Of a stretch of 64,000 nucleotides of DNA, positions 23,701 through 35,700 are shown piece by piece; position 1 is the stretch's first letter, and each line of letters begins with the position of its first letter. Source of the stretch: Macrostomum lignano (Eukaryota); assembly GCA_002269645.1 (NCBI GenBank), contig NIVC01002985.1, positions 62,001-126,000 on the forward strand. The letters run 5' to 3'. Made by a program: the position numbers and the translations under genes. A model generated the notes under the pieces. That model saw nothing but the letters and a program-made list of their open reading frames with translations, searched no databases and was not told the origin of the DNA.

Positions 23701-26700
23701 AATATGGGATTAAAGGTTAAAACAAAGGTAAATTGTAGTTCTGAAATAGTAAAGCTATATAAATTTTATCAACTATATACAAAATCTACTTAGTCCTTTA
23801 AACAATTTAAATATACATAGCTTTTTATGATGTAGTATTTCATATATGCGCAACCCCTTGATTTACACTGGCCATGCAATTTACTTTTTGACCAAAAGAG
23901 CGATTCACCTGTGAAAGAAATTTATGCTAAAGCAAAAATAATGCAATTGTGGGTAAACGGCTGGAGTAACTATGACTGTTTTATTGAGGCTAAATGAGTC
24001 GTGATATAATTAGTGCTACATTTGTATTCTTTTAGGCGGGCATTTTTGTGACTTACCCCTGGTCCACCACAATTTACAGTGGCCAAATCGGCTAGCAGTA
24101 TCGCATGTATGTAGCATTTACACGTTTGTATTTGATATCATCTTGTCAACTCTGACATGCAAACATAAACTTTGTCTGTACGTCTATTATTAGAAAATGC
24201 CTAAAACCTATGCTTATAGTTAGATGAGAGCTAGTTCAATCAATGCTAGATTTAAACAGCAGCATGTTTACCTTGAATTTATATATATTATATAGTCCTA
24301 TAAAATTGAAATAATCCAGATATTATGCTGCAAATTTAAGTCCATTGAAGAAGTAGTTAGAAATCTCTACTAAGCATACATTTAATCGACGCCCACCCCC
24401 TTACATGCAGACAATGACCTGCCCAGTCCAGCCGCCAGCGGCAGTGCACTCGGCCAGGATGACAGCAATGCGGCTGCCGACATTGGCGGCTCCGCCACAG
24501 CCGCCACCAGCGCCATTGACGAAGATGAAGACGACGAAGAGGAGGTGGACGAATTGCCGACAGAGATCAGCGATGAATTGGAATTGCCAGCGTCATCAAA
24601 TGACATCCAGTTTCCTCGCTACCTGATTATGTCATCGGTTGGCGTTTACGAGACTCTCAGGCATTTCTCCTCCGTCCTGCGATTGGCCTGCTTCCATTAC
24701 GAAGAGTTCGTTGCCGCCCTGACGGCTACTGGCGAGAATTCCGCTCTGCTAGCGGAGATTCACATCTGCCTGCTGCGGGCCCTGCTTAAAAGTGACGAAT
24801 CCTCTCAGGTAAGTCACGCTTGATAACTATTATTTTACTTTGCATTTTATATATATTCAACTCTGTACATCTCAACCCCTCTTGATCACTGTTCTCTCAT
24901 CTCTCCTCATCTTTCGTCTATCACATGTTCCATCTCAAATCTCCCATCTCTCCCCTCCCCTATCTCTCATCTCTCATCACTCCCATCTCTTATCTCTCCT
25001 ATCTCTCCTCTTTCCCAACTCTCACCAATCCCATCTTTTATCTCTCCTCTCTCATCTCTCCCATCTCTCACCACTCCCATCTCTCATCTCCTCTTTCTGA
25101 TCTCCCACCACTCCAATCTCTCATCGCCCACCACTCCAATCTCTCATCTCTCCTATCTCTCACCACTCCCATCTCTCAAATCTCCCATCTCTCCTCTTTC
25201 CCAACTCTCACCAATCCAATATTTTATCTCTCCTCTCCCATCTCTCACCACTCCCATCTCTCATCTCCTCTCTCCGATCTCTCACCACTCCCATCTTTCA
25301 TATCTCTTATCTCTCCCATCTCTCACCACTCCCATCTCTCATTTCTCGTATCTCTCACCACTCCCATCTCTCATTTCTCCTATCTCTCACCACTTCAATC
25401 TCTCATCTCCCACCACTCCCATCTCTCATAGCCCACCACTCCAATCTCTCATCTCTCCTATCTCTCACCACTCCCATCTCTCATATCTCTTATCTATCCC
25501 ATCCCTCACCACTCCCATCTCTTATCTCTCACCACTCCCGTCTCTCATCTCTCCCAGCTCCAATCTACTCTCACCTATCTAATTCTATATACTATCTGCT
25601 ATCTCACAACCCTCCTTTCTCTCACCTCTCGTATCCTGACATCTCTCATCTCTCCCAACTCATTTATCACCTCCAACCTCAATTGCCTACCTCTCGCGTA
25701 TTCTCTCACCTTGCCTATCTTATCTCTAATTCTCATCTCTCACCTCACCCATATTTCAGCTCCTACCACTGCAATATCTCATCTCTTAACTCTCTTGTCT
25801 CTCAACTTCTATATCATCCCATTTCCCAGGTAATGCTATGCTACGCGGATCAAAACGCCTGCCTTAGCTTCTATCAATATTTGCTATTGGGCCGCTCAAC
25901 CTGGCCCTGCCTGTTCCACATGTACGCCCGTGCCCTGCCCAATGGCCAGCTGGGGTACGTGTCACCTGGCTATCCATTGGCTAGCGCAGATATTCGAGTT
26001 CGGGTGTTGCGCGATCTGTGCGATCTGTTTGTACAGAGCGGCGCGGTTCGCGAGGAAATGCTTAAAGAGGACGTTAGAATGCGATACGAGGATCATTGCA
26101 GAGTGTGCGGCAAGGTAAGCTTTGTGCTTTTCAGGGGTATTACATTCACCATTCTCAAGGGTATTTCATTCACGATTCACAATGGTATTCTCATTCACGA
26201 TTCTCGAGGTATTTCATTCACGATTCTCAAGGGTATTTCATTCACGATTCACAAGGGTATTCTCATTCACGATTCTCAAGGGTATTTCATTCACGATTCT
26301 CAAGGGTATTCTCATTCACGATTCTCAAGGGTATTTCGTTCACGATTTTCAATGGTATTTCATTCAAGATTCTCAATGGTATTTTATTCACCATTCACAG
26401 GGGTATTTCATTCACAATTCTTAAGAGCATTTCATTCACGATTTCCAAGAGCATTACATTCACGATTTTTAAGAGCATTTCATTCACGATTCCCAGGGGT
26501 ATTTTATTCACGATTCTCAATGGTATTTCATTCACAACACCAAAATATGCCGCTAATTCACGCAGGTGGGCGATCTGCTCTGCTGCGAGTCCTGCCCTGC
26601 AGTTTATCACCTGTACTGTTTGGATCCGCCAATCACTGAGGTGCCAGAAGACGACTGGCAATGCCCCGTGTGCGTTCGCACCTCTGTCAAAGGGGTGACA

Positions 26701-29700
26701 GACTGCCGCGACCCTCAGGAGCACACTGCTCAGTACTACTCGCATAGGCGGCGCGCTCTAGGCCGGGACAGGGCGGGCCGGTTGTACTGGTTCTCCGTTC
26801 GCCGACTGTTTGTCGAAGATCCCGAAACCGACGATCTGGTGTACTATAGCGACGCTGAACAGCTGGACCGGGTAATTGGCGCGCTTAGTTCGTCTCGTGA
26901 GAAGCGTTTGCTTAAACGATTGAATTCTTGTCGCGATCAGATGTCTCAGCAGATGGCAGCGCTAGGCGGATCAACGGCTGGTGAAGAACTCGGCGCTAAT
27001 TATCGTCGCTATAGTAACGCGTACAGCTCGGACGAGAGGGCTTTGAGTAAACAGCAACTGGCCGAAGAGGAGAATAGAAAACGGTAGGTGTTTGTCTGGT
27101 GTGTTTGCGTTTGTGGGTTCAACTGATATGTAGGAGTCATCTACGTTCTTATTGATCTAGGGGTCAACTAAGGCTAATTGATGATCTAGGGGTCAACTAA
27201 GGTTAAATGATGATCTAGGAGTCAACTAAGGCTACGTGATGATCTAGGGGTCAACTAAGGTTACATGATGATCTAGGGGTCAACTAAGGTTATGTGATGA
27301 TCTAGGGGTCAACTAAGGCTACGTGATGATCTAGGGGTCAACTAAGGTTCATGATGATCTAGGGGTCAAAGGTTATGCGATGATCTAGGGGTCAACTAAG
27401 GTTATGTGATGATATAGGGGTCAACTAAGGCTACGTGATGATCTAGGGGTCAACTAAGGTTATGTGATGATCTAGGGGTCAACTAAGGCTACGTGATGAT
27501 CCAAGGGTCAACTAAGGTTACGTGATGATCTAGGGGTCAACTAAAGTTACATGATGATCTAGGGGTCAACTAAGGTTCATGATGATCTAGGGGTCAACTA
27601 AGGCTACGTGATGATCTAGGGGTCAACTAAGGTTCATGATGATCTAGGGGTCAACTAAGTTTATGTGATGATCTAGGGGTCAACTAAGGCTACGTGATGA
27701 TCTAGGGGTCAACTAAGGCTACGTGATGATCTAGGGGTCAACTAAGGCTACGTGATGATCTAGGGGTCAACTAAGGTTCATGATGATCTAGGGGTCAAAG
27801 GTTATGCGATGATCTAGGGGTCAACTAAGGTTATGTGATGATATAGGGGTCAACTAAGGCTACGTGATGATCTAGGGGTCAACTAAAGTTATGTGATGAT
27901 CTAGGGGTCAACTAAGGTTATGTGATGATCTAGGGGTCAACTAAGGCTACAGGATACTCTAGGGGTCAACTAAGGTTACATGATGATCTAGGGGTCAATT
28001 AAGGTCAATATAGGACTTGTGAGTAAACTAGGGTCAGTTAAGGTCAACTGAGAAATATAAGCATCTAGCATGAGACTCCGTGTCTGAGTTGTTACTAAAT
28101 TATAGTTTAAATGCTCTTTTTATTACTTTTCCCGTCGCAATCCTTCGCCACTCGCAGCCATCTCGGCTACAAAGTCTGCCTAGACGCATTCCGTTGGATT
28201 GACGCATCCAGTGAAATCGGCACTGAACGAGAAATTCTGGCCGCCCTGCGCAAAGGCCTCGTCCGGTTTGCCGAAGAATTCCCAACCGGCTTTATGTGCC
28301 CTTCCTGGGCCGGGCTGAGGCCGGCTTGGCTTGATGAGCTTGTGGGCGATTCTAGCGACGATGACAGCAATGATGAGCTGACGCCCAGGCAGTTGGGCCG
28401 GCTGCTCATACAGTTCGCTCTGTGCATTCGTTGGGTCTGCTTTGCTAACTTCTGGGCTGACGGTGTTGGGCTAACCGATCTGGTGTACATCACCCCGGCC
28501 GACAAGGAGAGGCACAAACGCGGTCGAAAGGCCGAGAAGGAGGCCGCTGCTGCCGCTGCTTCGGCCTCCGCGGTGGCCTCGTCTGCCTGGGCCGGTCAGG
28601 ATGCAGCCGTTGACTTTGTGCCGGTTGTGCCCACCAAAAATAGAAAGCCGATTAAGCACTCGGTAAGAGAACGAATATCTGGCTAGCGAGCTGGTTTGAA
28701 ACTTGTTTACAGTACTGACAAACCATTGGATCCTCAGTTGCGCTAGGCCTCCAGCCTACCAGATCCTCGGTTGCTAGGGCTAGCCTTCCAGATCCTCAAT
28801 TACTGGGCCAGCCTCCCAGATCCTCAGTTGCTGGGCTAGCCTCCCAGATCCTCAGTTGCTAGGCTCCCAGCTTCCCAGACCCTCAGTTGCTGGGCTCAGC
28901 TGATCAGCCAATAAACTCCCAGATCCTCAGCTGCTGAGTTTAGCTGATCAGCCAATAAACTCCCAGATCCTCAGCTGCTGAGTTTAGCTGATCAGTCAAT
29001 AAACTCCCAGATCCTCGGCTGCTGAGTTTAGCTGATCATTCAATAAACTCCCAGATCCTCGGCTGCTGAGTTTAGCTGATCAGTCAATAAACTCCCAGAT
29101 CCTCAGCTGCTGAGTTCAGCTGATCAGTCAATAAACTCCCAGATCCTCAGCTGCTGAGTTTAGCTGATCAGTCAATAAACTCCCAGATCCTCGGCTGCTG
29201 AGTTTAGCTGATCAGTCAATAAACTCCCAGATCCTCGGCTGCTGAGTTTAGCTGATCAGTCAATAAACTCCCAGATCCTCGGCTGCTGAGTTTAGCTGAT
29301 CAGCCAATAAACTCCCAGATTCTCAGCTGCTGAGTTTAGCTGATCAGTCAATAAACTCCCAGATCCTCGGCTGCTGAGTTTAGCTGATCAGTCAATAAAC
29401 TCCCAGATCCTCGGCTGCTGAGTTTAGCTGATCAGTCAATAAACTCCCAGATCCTCGGCTGCTGAGTTTAGCTGATCAGTCAATAAACTCCCAGATCCTC
29501 AGCTGCTGAGTTCAGCTGATCAGCCAATAAACTCCCAGATCCTCAGCTGCTGAGTTCAGCTGATCAGCCAATAAACTCCCAAATCCTCAGCTGCTGAGTT
29601 TAGCTGATCAGTCAATAAACTCCCAGATCCTCAGCTGCTGAGTTCAGCTGATCAGTCAATAAACTCCCAGATCCTCAGCTGCTGAGTTTAGCTGATCAGT

Positions 29701-32700
29701 CAATAAACTCCCAGATCCTCGGCTGCTGAGTTCAGCTGATCAGTCAATAAACTCCTCTCCGGCAGGTTTACCGTCAAAGTGGCGAAGAATTTCGTTTGCG
29801 CGCCGGCGACGGCTGGATGTGGCTGAGCAGCGCTCGTCGGAGCGGCACCGCCACTCAGACAAAGCGGAAGCCGAGCGGCTGCTCCCTGGACAATCTGCTG
29901 GCCCAACGCGAATCCCTCATCAGCTCCTACGCCATCCAAGTGCCGGCTCTGGAGCGCCGGCTCGAGGCCATGACCGAGGAGCTGGACACCCTAGTAGAAA
30001 CCCTGGCAAAGCGACGCGACACGCAGAAGCAACAGCAGCAACAGCTGATGCAGGCTCAGCACCAGCTTCAACAGCAGCAATTGCTGACTAATGGTGGCCG
30101 AGTGTCCAGACCGACTGGCACAGTGCCGCAGTACGATGGCGGCGGCTACGGCAGCAGCGACAATGACGATAATGACGATCCTCAGTTTGAAGAGGGCGAC
30201 AGCGACTATGATGAGTTTGCTGAGCAGCAGCAGATGCAGCAACAGCAGCAGTCTCAGGTATAGCCAGATTGGTCAAATGCTAGTAGTGCGTTTTAATAAA
30301 TATAGCTAATTTTATAGCTAAATTTTGCTGTCAATACTCTCAGTGCACTACTAACAGGACAGACCAAAAATCGAAAAGCTATTAGGCTCTTAGGTCGTAG
30401 TAGTCACTTAAGAATATTTAAATTTTTACATTTTGGACCCGTTAAAATGTACGTAGCTTGCATTCTTCCTATCCATTCAGGTTATTCGTTTTGGCGGCGG
30501 CGTGGGTGGCGGCGGCGGCGGCGGCGGACTCAAAGTTGTGGGCTCAACGCCCGGCTCAGTAGTCAAGGTGCCACTAGTGCTGGGCGGGCCGGCAGCCACT
30601 AATCTGGTTGTCAAGCGGTTGCCAGGCTCCGTCGGCGCCTCTGGCGGCGTTGCCACTGTTGTAAGAATCCCGCCGCCTTCGTCGTCATCGGCATCGTTGG
30701 CGGCGGCGACTCCGTCAGTGATTCGACCGGCGCCTACGCCGATGTCGGCCTTGTCCGGTTTTAAAATTGTCCCGCCGACACAGATGCGACCCGTCGGAGG
30801 CGCCGGCAGAGGCCGCCAAATCAACGACATCGACGACGGCATGGATTTTGACGACGATGACGAGATTGGCGAAGATTTTGAAGATTTCTATGGTAAACGG
30901 CCGCGGCCGAGGGTGACGCCGACCGTGCTACACCAGATGACGCCATCGTCAGGTGGCCGAGGCCGCGGTCGGGGCCGGGGTCGAGGCCGCGGGCGACCGC
31001 GAGGTCGACGCTCCGACGTTCACGTGCAGTCGATGGGCACGCCGCGACAGCAGCAGCAGCAGCAGCTGGAAGACTACGATCGGTTCGAGGGATTCTCAGC
31101 CAGGCGCAGCGCGACGCTGGACGGTCTGCAGGCAAGCGGCGGGGTCGGGATGCAGCAGTTGCTACAGCGGCACCAGCAGCACCTGCAGCCGGCTTCTATT
31201 CAGCGTAGTAGGCCGCAGCCAGTGCCGCTGCCGCCACAGCAGCAGCTGTTTCCTAGAAACCGTCTGACACCCGGCGGCGGTGTCGGCGGCCCATTCAGCC
31301 ATCTGCAGCATCAGGCCACGCCGACATCGCTGGCCACGACAGCTTCGACTGCGGCTATGCGATCGGCGTCTACCGCTGGCGCCGCCGCTGGTCACGGAGG
31401 CGGCCGTCGGTCTGCCGTGATGTCGGTGCCGCAGGGTCCTGTTCGAGTCCGTGCTACTGCCACACTGATTAACGCAGCCATCGAGCATCGGTGTCGCGAG
31501 TTGCAACTGTCCATAGCCAGGTGTCGGATGATTCTGTCCTGTCTGGCTGGCGAAACTCGATCGACTAGCGAGCCGGCTTATCACGTGAGAATTTTGCATT
31601 TTCCCTATTGGATGCTGAGTGTCTTAAGAGTGCCTAAGAGCACTAATCCCCTGTCTTAACAGCACTAATTCACTATCTGAGAGCACTAATCCACTGTCCA
31701 AGAGCAATAATCTACTGTCTAAGAACGCTAATCCACTGTGTAGCAGCACTAATCCACTGTCTTAGTACGCTAATCCACTGTCTAAGAACCCTAATCCACT
31801 GTGTAACAGCACTAATCCACTGTCTAAGAACCCTAATCCACTGTGTAACAGCACTAATCCACTGTCTAAGAACGCCAATCCACCGTCTAAGAACGCTAAT
31901 CCACCGTCTAAGAACACTAATGCACTGTCAAAGAGCGGCATACAACTTTTCTGCTTAATGGATTAGGGCAGCTTGAAATATCTAGAATTAGCTGTTAAAA
32001 TGTCTTATATTATCAATAGAAGAAATTATTCATTAAATCTATTCCGATTTATCCCATTATCCCTGTCTTCGCGTTAATCCCAGACAACCAGCGTCAGTAT
32101 ATCGGTGCCCGAGCACTACGCCTGCCCGAAGCCTCCGCCGTCCAACCGTTCAGCCAGCGGCATCTTCAACCAGCCCCGGGTGCACCTGGCCAAGCTGGCC
32201 AGGCGGGCCGGCAGGTGGGAGCTGCCCGGATTTAATTACGAACGAAAACTGCCAGCCCTGTGCAAGTGGCCCTATCCTTCGCCTAGACCTTCGGTGTGTT
32301 CGGTTTGGCTTAACAGTCTGCTGTCTGAGCCTACCGTGTTTAGCCTGGCATTCGCTTTTCGAATGCTGCACCACTGCTTGGCCTGGGACGAGATCTGGTC
32401 GGATTGTCCCGGCGCCAATCAGGAGACTGGCGAGTACACAGTGCCGCAGGCTGCTGGCAATGCCGGCGACTCAGCTAAGGATAAGAAACAGGTAAGTTCG
32501 GGCTGATTGGTCTAATAGAGCTGAATCTGTCCCCCTACTCTCTGACTTAGCTCCCCTCAGTGCCATCTACAGCTGTTCCCTCAGCTGCTTCAGTGCCATC
32601 TGCAGCTGTTCCCTCAGCTGCTTCAGTGCCATCTGCAGCTGTTCCCTCAGCTGCTTCAGTGCCATCTGCAGCTGTTCCCTCAGCTGCTTCAGTGCCATCT

Positions 32701-35700
32701 GCAGCTGTTCCCTCAGCTGCTTCAGTGCCATCTGCAGCTGTCACCTCAGCTGCTTCAGTGCCATCTGCAGCTGTTCCCTCAGCTGCTTCAGTGCCATCTG
32801 CAGCTGTCACCTCAGCTGCTTCAGTGCCATCTACAGCTGTTCCCTCAGCTGCTTCAGTGCCATCTACAGCTGTTCCCTCAGCTGCTTCAGTGCCATCTGC
32901 AGCTGTTCCCTTAGCTGCTTCAGTGCCATCTGCAGCTGTTCCCTCAGCTGCTTCAGTGCCATCTGCAGCTGTTCCCTCAGCTGCTTCAGTGCCATCTACA
33001 GCTGTTCACTCAGCTGCTTCAGTGCCATCTGCAGCTGTTCACTCAGCTGCTTCAGTGCCATCTACAGCTGTTCCCTCAGCTGCTTCAGTGCCATCTACAG
33101 CTGTTCCCTCAGCTGCTTCAGTGCCATCTACAGCTGTTCCCTCAGCTGCTTCAGTGCCATCTGCAGCTGTTCCCTCAGCTGCTTCAGTGCCTTAAAAATT
33201 AATAGCATAAGTTTTACGAGTCTCAGATCATAAAGTTTGCTCAACCCCCCCCCCCCCCCGGCAACCTGGCAGGTGACCCGGGTAGTCCGCGGCCACCAGC
33301 AGCTGGACAGTTGCGGCCTCAGCTATCGCTACCTGATTGAGAAGACAATTGTCACCAGCGTGCCAGCCATTGGCCGCTACGCAGCCGCTCTGCAGGGCGC
33401 CGACGACTGCCTGATGGACGACGAGGACGGAGCTGGCGCCGAATCCGGCGATGAAGACTGGATGCCCGGTCTTGGCGGCGGCAGGGCCGGCGGCGGAAGT
33501 CGGCGACGTCGAAATCGAGGCAATCGAGGCGCCGGAGCTTACAGGTTTGACTGAGGGTGCAGATTAGGAAAATCGGTCCTGACGGCAATAAGGAATTGAC
33601 CCATGACAATAAAAAAATCCCCCGTGACTATAAGAAAATCTCCCTATGACAATAAGGGAAATCCTCCTATGACAATAAGGGAAATCCTCCTATGACAATA
33701 AGGGAAATCCTCCTATGACAATAAGGGAAATCCTCCTATGACAATAAGGGAAATCCTCCCATGACAATAAGGGAAATCCCCCTATGACAAGGAAAATCCC
33801 CCTATGACAATAAGGGAAATCCACCTATGACAATAAGGGAAATCCCCCTATGACAAGGAAAATCCCCCTATGACAATAAGGGAAATCCACCTATGACAAT
33901 AAGGGAAATCCACCTATGACAATAAGGGAAATCCACCTATGACAATAAGGGAAATCCACCTATGACAATAAGGGAAATCCACCTATGACAATAAGGGAAA
34001 TCCCCCTATGACAAGGAAAATCCCCCTATGACAATAAGGGAAATCCACCTATGACAATAAGGGAAATCCACCTATGACAATAAGGAAAATCGTCTCCCTT
34101 GTGCAATCCCCCTGAATCGATCAATCGCACTCCGAACCAAACAACCCAGGGAGACTCGCAGCCAAACCCAGGAGGAATGGATCAAAGAGAAGGACCTCCA
34201 CCTGTGGGAGGTGATCTATTATCAGACTAGAATGGTTAAAGCGTTACGCAATCTGCGTGACAACGAGAAGCTGTGCGAGATCGCCCAGCCGAAACCGCCG
34301 CAACAGCCGCCTCCGCCTCCGCCGCAACCGCCTCAGCAGCTGAAGCCAACTCAGCTAGCCCAAGTGAGACTCATGACCCAGCCGCGTCAGCAGTCTGCAG
34401 CACCCGAGCAGCATAGTCTGCAACCTGAGCAGGAGCAGCAGCAACAGTTCAACAATCAGCCGCCAAAGATTCTCAGCGTTTCCGGCGGCGCTGGCGGAAA
34501 TCCAATCACTGCTAGAATTGCCGCCTCTTCAGGCACCCTGTCTGCTAGCTCCATTCTGCGGAAACCGGTGAGGACGGCTCTGGTTTATTACCCATCACTA
34601 GGGACTTCCCCTCGGCTTATTAAACATCACTGGGGAATTCCCCTCAGTTTATTACCCATCACTGCGGAATTCCCCTCGGTTTATTACCCATCATTGGTGA
34701 ATTCCCTTCAGTTTATTACCAATCACTGCGGAATTCCCCTCGGCTTATTACCCATCATTGGTGAATTCCCCTCGGTTTATTACCCATCACTGCGGAATTC
34801 CCCTCGGTTTATTACCCATCATTGGTGAATTCCCCTCAGTTTATTACCCATCACTGCGGAATTCCCCTCGGTTTATTACCCATCATTGGTGAATTCCCTT
34901 CAGTTTATTACCAATCACTGCGGAATTCCCCTCGGCTTATTACCCATCATTGGTGAATTCCCCTCGGTTTATTACCCATCACTGCGGAATTCCCCTCGGT
35001 TTATTACCCATCATTGGTGAATTCCCCTCGGTTTATTACCCATCACTGCGGAATTCCCCTCGGTTTATTACCCATCATTTGGGAATCCCCCTGCGCATTA
35101 CCCCTGGAGATTCGCCTTGTTTCTTATACTTCCCTTACAATAATTCCCCTGTAAAGCCGTACATCATCGCCTGCCCAATAAAATTCCCTCCCTCAGTTAT
35201 TTGCCCGTCGCACAGAGGCAGACCGCGACTCGCCGTTAGATCCGAAAACTGCTCAACAACTCGAAGCTCTGCGCCGAGCCATCGGCGGTAGTTCGGCTGC
35301 TAATCCCGACTCGGAAGAGGAATCGTTCGATCTTAACGAGCGGAAAAGATCGGCTGCTCAGCCTGTACAGCAGCAACCGCAACAGCAAAAGCAACAACAA
35401 CAGCAACAGCAGCAGCAACAGCAGCAGCAGCAACAACAACAACAGCAACAGCAACAACGGCAGCAGGAGCAACAGCAGATTCTGCAACAGAAAAAGCAAC
35501 AAGTAGCCGCCGCGGCTGCAACTGCCGAGCGTCAGGACCGACTATTGAAAGCCCTGGCTGGCCGGGCGGCCCAGCTCAAACTGAGCATGCTCAAACGGCG
35601 CCAACTGGCCTGTCAGGAGATGCGCCTGGAGATGGAGCAGGAGCGAGAAGAAGCCAAGCGGAAGCCAATGTCGCCGCCTCCACCGTCTCAGCAGCAGCAG

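Noticed and set aside
27150-29752. Regular 29-44-bp repeats resembling CRISPR arrays
   Set aside because: The units are head-to-tail with no unique spacers, no cas genes are present, and the context is eukaryotic introns.
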